NCBI RefSeq assembly: GCF_009914755.1
Contig: NC_060929.1
Strand: one strand, 5' to 3'
Source of the DNA: the human T2T-CHM13v2.0 reference genome, Homo sapiens
Length of the DNA: 64,000 nt
A model generated the notes under the pieces. The model worked only from the letters and a program-made list of their open reading frames with translations. It ran no database searches and was not told the origin of the DNA. Shown here one piece after another: positions 16,053-26,408 of the stretch (within the stretch, counting starts at the first letter, position 1; every line of letters starts with the position of its first letter). Position numbers and translations under genes: made by a program.

Positions 16053-16588
16053 ATAGTGATGTCAACTTGTAGTCTTTTCCAAGGCATTTTTCTTTAGGCA
16101 TCTTCCAAAACTATACAGAAGAAACAGAAAACTGACCTGAAGAAAGACACGTGCCGAAGAGGGGTCAGGATATATAATAAACTGAAGGTGACCAGTGTGG
16201 GCTTCTCCTGCTTCCAAAGCCAGAAGGTTCTTGCAGATGTATTTAATCAACCTATCTTTTTCCTGAATTACATTCTAGCAGTTTGAAAAAAAATAATGAG
16301 AGGAGAAATCGCTGTGGAACTCAGTGTCTTTGTTATCTATTTCACAACAATGCTCAAAGGTCTCCACTGGAAAATCTTGAATAGATGTAATAGGCAGGCA
16401 TGCTTTTAAAATGATTGGAAAGTGCGGGGGCCATAATGCTATTGTAGAACCACATTATTTTACAATGCACTTTAAATGGTTCCCAAATCCTTTTATTTAA
16501 AACCCCAAGATAGGAGGACTAGTTTTTCTCAAAGAAACCACGACTATTTCCTTCTCAGAGAATAAGCTGTTAGAGCTGGTAAGACATT

Positions 16589-16643
16589 AGCAAATAGCCC
16601 ATCTGAGCTACAAAGAGCAAATAGCCCATCTGAGCTACAAAGA
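16589..16643. repeat. Perfect 27-bp tandem duplication
   Basis: agcaaatagcccatctgagctacaaag x2. Confidence 0.95.
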
Positions 16644-17393
16644 AAAATAATGGTTTTGTTTTGTTAACCTGGAGAAGCGACATACCTTTAAGGCTTTTTT
16701 AATGGATTGCCACAGGATAATTGCTACTGCTGTTAAGCAGAATGTTCTATTTGGATATTAGCTCATTTATGGGGCAGAGTTAGGAAGAGTTTTTGCCCAG
16801 GTGACTTGTAACAAAATGAAATAAGCAGATGTTACGTATCTTGAAATTACCACCAGGTTTTTATGCGTTGTTAGGTGCTGAGATGCTCTGAAAATTTTGT
16901 CTAAAATTGCAGCGTAGTTGTGAACAGAGCAGTCGTATCACTATGCTCGGGCAGATTGTGCCAAACACTGAGACGTTTTCAAAACCATTTAGTCATCTCC
17001 CCAAATATAAAAAAGAAAGGGAAGAAAGAATCCCTCTGGAAGTGAGCTGCTCAAAGATGGGTCACTGGGGCAATCTCGTCCCCTCTAAAGTCTTCCCCTC
17101 ACCTGCCCCTATACCTGCCCTGCCCACACAGGAAACCACAGGGCCATAAGGATGAGTGATAGGTAGGAATGATTTCAATCCTTGTCTGCAGTTGTAACCC
17201 CCCTGATTTAGTTTGAGTCCTCCAAGAAGCAGATGTCAAGGCAGGATTCAGTGAGCAATAGATTTATAGGGAGAAACTCTAGTGAAGTAATGAAGCGGGG
17301 AGAGCCAGAGAAGGTAGGGAGCACTTCCAGATCACAACCCAGGCCAGACCCCAGTGAAGGAAAGCAAAGTAAACCAAAGCAAACATTTCTCTA

Positions 17394-17532
17394 AACTGGG
17401 TGTGGTGGTTCACGCCTGTAATCCCAGCACTTTGTGGGGCTGAGGCAGTGGATCGCTTGAGCCCAGGAGTTCGAGACGAGCCTGGGCAACATAGGGAAAC
17501 CACCATCTCTACCAAAAAAAAAAAAAAAAAAC

Positions 17533-17566
<34 letters not shown>

Positions 17567-17740
17567 CTGGGTGTGGTGACTACCATAGCCCCAGCTAATA
17601 GGGAGGCTGAGGTGGGAGGATTGCTTGAGCTGGGGAGATTGAGGCTGCAGTGAACCACTATCGCACTGCTGCACTCCAGCCTGGGTAACAAAGTGAGACC
17701 CTGTCTCAAAAAAAAAAAAAAAAAAAAAAAAAACAAGAAA
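17394..17740 (+). mobile_element. Alu (AluJ-like) with (CA)n in the middle linker
   Basis: Dimer; A run plus (CA)n at ~17514-17558; TSD aaacatt(t)tctctaaac. Confidence 0.92.
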
Positions 17741-19090
17741 ACATTTTCTCTAAACCCTGATGTTTCCCATTTGGTAGTGGGTAGTGGGGATCCTTTGCTG
17801 GGCACAAGCTCCTCCTCTCCTTTACCTGTCTTACTTTGCTTTTCTTGTAGGTTCTACCCAGTAACCATAGTTCACAGAGACTAATGCTATGCCCATTGTA
17901 GACTCTGATATCTTTCTAGGCCCCCCTGTGAGTTAGAGTTTGTGTATGTAGGCTAAGCCTGGAGAGAGGAAGATGGACAGGTGGTCTCCTCTCTCTGTCT
18001 CCCCTTCTTTCTGCTCCTCGTGGAGGGCTAATGCCTGGCCCCTGGTGTCCAGGTGCAATTCCAGCAGCCCCTTCCAAGACAGCTCCTCTCCCCTCTGGTT
18101 CTGAGACAGCATGTACCAGCATCCTTAGAGACAAAGGGAGGAGTCATGCCTATCCCTTGTTCTCAGAGGTAGGAAGACATCTGCTAATGACAGCTCACCA
18201 CCCAGCCTTCTGTAACTCACTGAATGTTATATGACCAACCACAAGCAGTGCCCACCCAGGGACCTTGGGACTCCAGGGTTCTCTGCCTTTGGTCCTGGTT
18301 CTTGGAAAGCAGGAGAACCTGTGAGTGCCATTCCAGAGGTTATGCCAGCAGTCACTGCCCTAGACTCCTCCTCCTCACAGCCTTCTCTCCAGTTTGCTGG
18401 GTTCAAAGGGCACCCAGCAGCATCTACACAACCTCATCGTGCCTCTGTGCCCCACCCCATGCCTTCTCTACCCCAGGGGTCCCAAGGCTGCCTCTTCACA
18501 GGAAGTTCCAGGAACCCTGCCCTAGCCCAGGCCAGCAAGGCCAACCTACTGCCATGCAAGAGGAAGGCTCTGTCTCCCTCCAGCTATCTCCAATCAGCTC
18601 TAGTGGAACTCTTTGAAAAGGCCATTGTTCTTCCCAAATGGTTTGGTTTATCTCTTTGAACATTTCCACATTTCTGTCAGTGATTATTACCCTTTTCATG
18701 GTTTTTTTTTCCCTGGAAATAAATGAATGAAGAAATAAATTTCTAGTCATATGGACATTTAACTTTCTGCCCCAAGGAAACACCTAAAAAGAAAAATAAA
18801 AATATACTGCAGTAATTAAATTTTGAACACTAAGTATTCTAAGAAGTAAAATATTACAGAAATAAAAATTTCTGATTCAGTATTTATACTGGGAGTGCAG
18901 ATATCTATGGATAGGTATTTGCCAAAATACAGACTAGCATTAACTTATTAGTGAGTTTTGAGTTGGTTGCTGAGAATGTGGGACTCATATCCTCCTAGAA
19001 GTGATGTTATAATTGGTAGCTGGGTTCTGGGTCAGCCTTCAGGACTCCATTCTCTGAGTTTCCACTGGTGCTGGCCTGATTCTGGGTCCT

Positions 19091-19152
19091 GGAACAAGGA
19101 ATGCAGGAATGAAAATGTTAGGGAACAAGGAATGCAGGAATGAAAATGTTAG
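19091..19152. repeat. Perfect 31-bp tandem duplication
   Basis: ggaacaaggaatgcaggaatgaaaatgttag x2. Confidence 0.95.
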
Positions 19153-19169
19153 AGACAGCAAAAAAAAAC

Positions 19170-20777
19170 TGAATGGGCTTTTTCCCATGCTAACTCAGTC
19201 ACTCAATACTTTCAACACGAGATGTGGAGTAGGGGTGGGGGTTCCCACACATCAATCAAGCAATTCTGCAGATTCTGCAGCAGACACCAGTGGGATGTCC
19301 ATTAATACAATTCAATCTGACACAAGCTACATGGAGATAGTGAGACAGGTGAGTTGCCTGACCACTCCCCCTGCCCCCCAACTCCCCCCACCGCCCCCAG
19401 CAGGATGTGCGACAGGGGTATGGCTCATCTGTTCAGCAAGCCGCCAAGTGCTCAAATCCCTTAAAGGAGGGGTAGCATGCAGATGGGCAGGTGCAGCAGC
19501 TGGGGCAAGTGCTTTTGGGCTCCAGCCCCAAAGTAGCATCTGGAGGTGAGAGCCTGCAACTCCCAAAGCCCTAGTGGGCATGCTACAGTGCTCTTTTAGT
19601 TCTGCCATCCACAGACAGCTTAAGTGTTAACTAGCTCAGTGCCCTGTTGGTAGCTGGGATCTTGTCTGGTGTCCAGGAAGAATCCGGTCACACGGACAAA
19701 TTGAAGGATGTTAAATGCGGGGGATTTTAGTGAGTGATGGAGTTGGCTCTCAGCGGGATGGATGGGGAGCTGGAAAGAGGATGGAGTAGGAAGATGATCT
19801 TCCCCTGGAATTTGGCCATCCTGTGGCTGATCTCCCCTCCAACTGTCCCCAGCCAATCTCCTGTCGACATTCAGGCGTTCCTTCTCTTCTCTCCTTCTCT
19901 GCCATGCCGCTCTTCTGCTCCTCTGCTCTTCTGTTCATCTGCTCATGTGTTTGTGGAGCCTGGAATTTGGAGTGTATATGGGTACAGGATAGAGGGGTGT
20001 GGCAGGCCAAAAGGCAACATTTCGGCGCAAAAAGAGGAATGCCTGCTTTCATTTAGGGCCACGGGTTTCCAGGCTTCAGGGTGGGGCCTTTGTCGGGGAA
20101 CTGCCCTCTTCTACCCAGTATTTCTGTCTCCTGTCCATACCAATAGTGTCAGATCCCAAAGGCTGAGAGTGTGGTCCCACAAGACTGCCCTTGCTTCAGA
20201 TGCCTGTCACCACTGTCCAACTGACTGGAAAACAGGGTTCCCACAGCTTCCTAATTGAGTTTGGTACTTTGTTACTTACAGCTGCCCACAGGACACAGAA
20301 ACACTTTACTTATGTTTACTGGTTTATTATAAGTACAGTAGGAAGGATACAGATGAAGAGAAGCATAGGGTGAGATATATGGGAAGAGACAAGGAGCTTC
20401 CATCCCCTCCCTGGATGCATCACCCTCCAGAAACCTCCATGTGGTCAGCTATCCAGAAGCTCTCAAGCCCAGCCCTTTTTGGGTTTTTATGGAAGCTTCA
20501 TTACATAAGCATGATTGATTACATCCTTAATCATTGGTGATCAACGTAACTTTCAGTCCTGGCATCCCACACAGTTGGAGGAGCTAAAAATCTCAGTCCT
20601 CTAATCATGCCTATGCAGCTCTCACCTTGAAGCTAACTAGGGCCCCCCCCCCGCCCCCCGCCCCCGGCCACCAGTCATCTTATTAGCATACAAAAGACAC
20701 CCATCGCTCTGGCAATTCCAAGGATTTTAGGAGCTGTATGTAAGAAGGGGACCAAATGTATATTTGACAATATTGCA
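19170..20777 (-). mobile_element. MER21-like LTR split by a younger LTR
   Basis: caattcaatctgacac..ctacatggagatag|tgtcagatccc..tcccacaagactgccc and cttattagcatacaaaagacac motifs continue across the insertion. Confidence 0.7.
19341..20142 (-). mobile_element. ERV1 solo LTR (LTR1/LTR27-like), 802 bp
   Basis: TG...CA termini; 4-bp TSD atag at 19337-19340 and 20143-20146; minus start TGGTATGGACAGGAGACAGAAATACTGGGTAGAAGAGGGC. Confidence 0.8.
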
Positions 20778-20944
20778 GAGAGAAAGACTTTTCTTTCTTT
20801 CCAGTACCTGATGTTCATTCAAGGTAACATTAAAAAAAATATACTCTATGCTTTATTAAACAATTTATCTGACAACCCTAAAAGACTCCTTTTGTTTCTA
20901 ACGTTTTTGTAGGGTGTTTTGGGGAGAGGAGAGCATTATAGGCT

Positions 20945-21285
20945 TTAATTTTTAAGAGTAGCTTTAGGTTCACAGCAAAATTGAGCAAAAAGTGCAGAGT
21001 TCCCAAATACCTCGAAGCTCCAGACAGGCACAACCTCCCTCTCCTATCAACATCCCAGCCCAGAGTGGTACATTTGTTACAACCTGCATTTCTTAGGCTC
21101 CTACTGACACATCATTATCACCCAAAGTCTGCAATTTAATTAGGGTTCAGTCTTGGTGTTGCACATTCTATGGGTTTTGACAAATGTTTAATGGCAGGCA
21201 TTACTCATTATAGTATCGTAAGAATAGTTTCACTGCCCTAAAAATCCTCTGTGCTCTGCCTATTCATTTCTTCCCCTCTCTAACC
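20945..21285 (-). mobile_element. L1MC-like 3'UTR fragment
   Basis: tttaggttcacagcaaaattgagc, cattatcacccaaagtc, agtttcactgccctaaaaatcctctgtgctc motifs. Confidence 0.7.
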
Positions 21286-22794
21286 ATAACACTTTGAAGT
21301 AAAAATTTGCCTTTCTCATTCTTCTCCCACACCTCCAAGCCTCCTAATTCCTGGGATTCCCCTAGGTCTGAGCCCCACTCCCAACCCCCCACCCACCCTT
21401 CAGATGGACCTGATTCATACGAATGTGTGAATGACTAACAGCCCTCAAAATGCAGTTTAGGTATTCCCGTTTTGAAAAAGGCTGCTGATTGGCCCCCCCC
21501 ATCTCTTGAATAGGTGGACCCTCTGGAAGTACCAGAAAGGGCTGTGAAGAGGCCACCACTACCAGAAACATTCCGGCAAGGTTGTCTTCTGCTTTTCCTT
21601 TCTCCTTTCCTTCTCTGTAGGGGTGGGTTGCCCTTCCCCACACTTCTCCTCAGAGTATAGAAATTATTTCAAAATTACAAAATTTGTTCTCTGCAAATGG
21701 TTCTTCTGGCAGCAATGCCTTGGCCAGAATGTATGTGGGTGGGTGAGTGGGGCAGGTGTATTTGCAATTTAGAGTTTTCATATGTGTTCTTTAGAGCCTC
21801 AGAGAGACAGAGAGAGAGAGAGAGATTTTAGTTCCCACTTTGCAGGTGCCTAGTTTGTGTCTACCAAAGGGCTGATTTCATCTTCTTTGTGGATACAATA
21901 TTAGCATATCTCATGGACAAAAAAATCCTCACAGCCTTTCTAGAATATCCAATAAACACTCTCCACGTTATCTAAAAAGCGGGTGTAAAATAACTTTTCA
22001 TAACAAAACAAATCATCTGATAACACAAGAAAAAGGTTAGTGAGAGTCTTTGCTGAAATTCCAACTGCCTTTTCTTGCTGCAGTCCCCCATCTTTGCAGA
22101 GATAAAGATTATGGTTGCCAAGGAAACAGGACCAGAGAGAGAAAGACAGAAACTTTGTCTCATTTGGTTTCCCCAGGACTCACAAAGCGAGCTGGGCTGT
22201 AAGCAGAGCTGGACAAGATTATGGTAGATTTATAATTTACTTAGTCAAATTGCTTTTAATTCATCGTCATGCCTCAATATACATTTTTTTCCCTCTGAAA
22301 GTTAGGTCTTGCACCTAGTTGTCCAATGTCTGACATATAACAGAGCTTTAAAATTCATTGTCTACGATTAAATTCAAATGCAGGACAGATGGCTTAGTCT
22401 GAGTATGTGTCAGACAGGCAAAGCACTTAAGATTTGTGACAGGCAAGACCAGGAATTAACTGCTAAGTTTTTGCTTTTATTCATACATTCATGTGCACCA
22501 TGAATATGGCTGTAAAACTTATTTAAGTGTTCTCACTTTATTCAAAATATTCCCAAACAAAGCAACTGTTCTCCTTTTGCAAACCAGACTCCCTAATCTC
22601 AACCCCATTAACTCAAAATCCATTTTTCTCGTGCTATATGCACTGTGTACATTTTATTTACTCAGACAGTCAGGAGGATAACAGCAACCTTCTGAAAACC
22701 CAGCTTGCCTAGAACCCACAATGTTGGTCCCCACTTCATTTTTGTGAACCTTTTTATTGAAACATTTAATTATTTTATCGAGCAAACATTTGTC

Positions 22795-23360
22795 TGTGGA
22801 AATAAACAATGACCAGCCAAATGTGAACAAGCAAAGGCTATTTATTCAGAGCTTGCTATATAGCAAGAGAGTCAGCCACCGTCACTTGCATTTTGGCAGA
22901 GACTCAAAGGAAGACAAAGAAAAGGGAAAGTTTCATTGTGGGGAAAAAAGGGATGTCTTCAGGTTTGATTGGAGGCCGTTGGCATGGGGAAGCTGCAAGT
23001 GGGCCAACCAGAAGTGGGCATCCTGTGGTGTCTGAGTAGGGGTGCATATTTGGCTTTCTCTGGCTGGTCCTTAGTTAGAAGCAAGGACAAAAATCAGGGA
23101 AGTAGTCAGTTATTGGTCAAGTCCTGGCCATTTGGGGCTGACTGTGAATAATATAGGCATTATGATCTGGCTTTCTAAACCAGTTGCCAGAGATAGTGGT
23201 CTAACTTCCTACAGGTCTGACTTACGGAGAGCAGGCTGGCTTCCTGGGCTGATCACCATAGACAATGTGTTGGTTTCCTGGGCTGGTTGCTGCAGATTGT
23301 GGGTCAGAGTTCCATTTTCATACACGGTCTGGCCATTATCCATGGGTATATTCAATCATT
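22795..23360 (-). mobile_element. ERV1-class LTR (MER90/MER110-like)
   Basis: Minus strand AATGGCCAGACC..GGAACTCTGACCCACAATCTGCAGCAACCAGCCCAGGAAACCAA; AATAAA near its 3' end. Confidence 0.55.
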
Positions 23361-23699
23361 TAGTCAATAAACATTTTACAAACAGAATAGCACAAAAAGC
23401 ATCCGTGTACAGCTCAATGAATGATCAAGTGTAACAACCACCCAGGAGCCCCCGTTCATTTTTAAATTCTCTACAACTTATCTTCTGAAACTGGCTGTCA
23501 AGGAACATTTTGAGTCTCAATCAACTCTTTCCACTGGCTTCTTCAGTCCTCATGTCCAGGGCAAGGCTCACCAGCGGCAGGTCTCCTCGGACCACCTTAC
23601 AGAGTCATGTGTTCCAGGCACGATGGAATGCAGGGCAGCCCTGGGTTTCTCACAGTCAGGCTCAGCCCTGTGAATCACCTTCCTCTACATTCCTGGACC

Positions 23700-24190
23700 T
23701 GGAGGAGCAGGTCAGAGTGTGTCTTGAAATCCACCTCCACCACTCCCTTGGGCAAGTTACATAATCTCTCAAGACCTGTTTCTTCATCTCCAAAATGAGA
23801 GTAATAATAGCACCTGCTCTCACAGGGTTGCCGGGGGGATGAGCAAGGTGAGAGGCTTGCAAACCCTTAACTCAGTCCCTGGCATAGAATAAGCACTCAG
23901 ATTTTTATGTATGTATCTCTCCCCATAATGTTTCAAAATGGCAACTAAAAATTACTGAGGACCTACTATGTGCCAGGCACTGAGCCTGGTATTTACTCTT
24001 AAATTTCTTATATTATTAAATTTTTCTATTAGAAAGAATGTTAGTCATGCTTATTTTACAGATCGAGTATCTATGGCTCAGAGACGTTAAGAAATCTCGC
24101 TATATTTACCTCAATTTGTCATGAGGATTAAATGAGATGACTGTAAAGCAGGTCCTTAGCACAATCTCAGCTCATCACTTAATGAATGGG
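23700..24190. mobile_element. MIR fragments in both orientations
   Basis: ttgggcaagttacataatctctc..tttcttcatctccaaaatg (+) and tactatgtgccaggcactg..ttttacagat..ggctcagaga (-). Confidence 0.7.
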
Positions 24191-24230
24191 GCTATAGTTT
24201 ACAATGACTCTTTGATGATTCCCTGTAGTA

Positions 24231-24778
24231 CAGGGGTCCTTAGCCCCTGGGCCATGGCCCAGTGCCCGTGGTCTGTTAGGAAGTGGGCGGCACAGCAGGA
24301 GGTGAGCCTTTGGCTAGTGAGCATTACTGCCTGAGCTCCGCCTCCTGTCAGATCAGCGGAGCCGGGGAAGAGGGGGCAGTAGATTCTCATAGGAGCTGGA
24401 ACCCTATTGTGAACAGCAGATGTGAGGGATCTAGATTTTGTACTCCTTATGAAAATCTAGTGTAGGAATGTCCAATCTTTTGGTTTCCCTGGGCCACATT
24501 AGAAGAAGAATTGTCTTGGGCCACACATAAAAGACACTAATAATAGCTAATGAGCTAAAAAAAATCACAAATAATTTAAGGTTATGAATTTGTGTTGGGC
24601 TGCATTCAAAGTCATCCTGGGCCACAGGTTGGACAAGATTGATCTGATGCCTGATGATCTGAGGTGAAACAGTTTTATCCCAAAAACATCCCTGCCGCCT
24701 CCAGGCCCAGTCCCCATCCATGGAAAAGCTGTCTTCCACAACACCAGTTCCTGGTGCCAAAAAGGCTGGGAACCATTG
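24231..24778 (+). mobile_element. MER1B hAT element with nested MER30 (24463-24641)
   Basis: Perfect 8-bp TSD ctgtagta at 24223-24230 and 24779-24786; inner element bounded by decayed TSD atctagtg/atctgatg. Confidence 0.85.
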
Positions 24779-24829
24779 CTGTAGTAGATAAGCCTACCAA
24801 CTGCAGAGAATAATCTGTGTATTTCCCCC

Positions 24830-25250
24830 TCCAACGTCTGCTCTCCCTTTGTTCCTTACTAATTAAATCACATTGCTGTGGGGTGGCAGTGTGCCAGATA
24901 AAAGTTCTGCCCTCCCCAAGCTCTCTTATATCTTGGGAAGTTCACATGTCCCAGCTGGCTACTGAGAGGTAAGTGTAAGTCTCCCGGTGAGCCTTTTGGG
25001 TAAACTATTACTATTCAAAGTAAAAGGGAGAATGTCCTCTGGCCTGAGCCCTTTCCCCTTTGTCTGCCCCACTTTTGCTGCCTGGAAAGCAGATGAGATG
25101 CCATGAGATGCAGCTGCCATCCTGCAAGCATGAGGCCTGATGGCCTCATGGGGGTGCTGTCCCGGCCCTGGACTGCCGACCTCCAACCCGTTTGCCTACT
25201 GTGGCCAGATTTTTATTACCATAGCTACTGTTTGGTGTGATCTATCTAAA
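24830..25250. mobile_element. Old MaLR (MLT1-like) LTR relic
   Basis: gctgcctggaaagcagatgagatg..gcagctgccatcctgcaagcatgagg motif. Confidence 0.5.
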
Positions 25251-26359
25251 TGAAATGAAATTTCCAAATGAATGAAAATTAAGAATTTGAAGTATCTTTT
25301 TAATCTGTCTACATGTTCCGACTGAGATGATAAAGAGAAACAACTCCAGAGAATGAAAGATCTGTTCACAATCATGTCTACAGGAACCATTCTCAACCCC
25401 TCTAGGGATTAACATCAAGACTTTTTCCTGAGTCTAAATCCCATCCGTCAACTCCTAACTAACCCGCCGTTCTTCCCTGTCATTTGGTGTCATCCATATG
25501 GTGTCATCAACAGGGTTTCCACGGGTCTTCAACATCATGCACTTGGAATCTGAAGGCTGACACTGGTCCCCAAAGGCTTGGCTCTAGACCAGCCTCACAC
25601 AGCACAGAACCGAATGATCCTCCTGTCAAACCCAAGGCATCTGCTCTGGCATCTTGGTCAAAGTCCAAAGGCTGTAATTGCATTATGCCTACTTGTGAGC
25701 TCTCCTAGAGTTCCCAATTAGGTAATATTTATTTTCTACCCAGAAAAGGTTATGCCCAACCTTGCTCTGCACACTGAAACAATAAGGGTTCCAACCCAAG
25801 TGATAAAGGAGCATCTCAGTGTGACATGAAGCCATCATGAGGTAGGGGCAGGAGGCTTCAACTGGCCTTATGCAGAGCCAGCTAGGACAGCCATCAGCTT
25901 GGAACAAACTAAGTATCCCTGAGGGGTTAAACTTGTGCTTTTCTGTGGCAGTACAGAAATAATATGCATATATTTCCACTTTAAATGATTTCTAAAGCAG
26001 ATGTCAGCAGATGAAAAGAGGATTGAACTCCAGCTCCTTCTCTAACAGCTTTCTGTCAAAATATAACCCACGTGAGGATTTCAAAAAACTAAATTCATTC
26101 CAATATAAAGTATGCTGTCTTAATATCGCATGGTGTGTGACTTGTTATATTCCCAGCTATGAATAACCCATAAATGAGGAATTTTGTCTTGCTTAAAGAG
26201 ATACTCTAATGGTCAGGAAGTTTTATTTAATATGCAAAATTACCTTTGTAAATATCACTAAATGGTGAAATAAAACACGTTCGGAATATCTGAAATGATC
26301 CTTCTTTGGATAAACGAGAAAAGGCACACGTTTACAATGCCTCAAATTGTGTCTTATTC

Positions 26360-26408
26360 AAATGAAGACCCACACACATAATGAAGAGAAAATCTCTAAT
26401 AATTTATT
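26360..26408 (-). terminator. ENC1: Distal poly(A) signal of ENC1
   Basis: AATAAA (plus-strand tttatt 26403-26408) with downstream TATGTGTGTGGGTCTT element (~26380-26365). Confidence 0.72.

Noticed and set aside
16589-19152. 27-31-bp repeats as a CRISPR-like array
   Set aside because: Only two adjacent copies each, no spacers, unrelated units, eukaryotic context.
20643-20667. C-rich run as a regulatory GC box or G4
   Set aside because: Homopolymer expansion inside a MER21-like LTR with no other support.
26321-26327. miR-124 seed match (plus-strand aaggcac)
   Set aside because: Lies beyond the inferred ENC1 cleavage site, so it is not in the mRNA.
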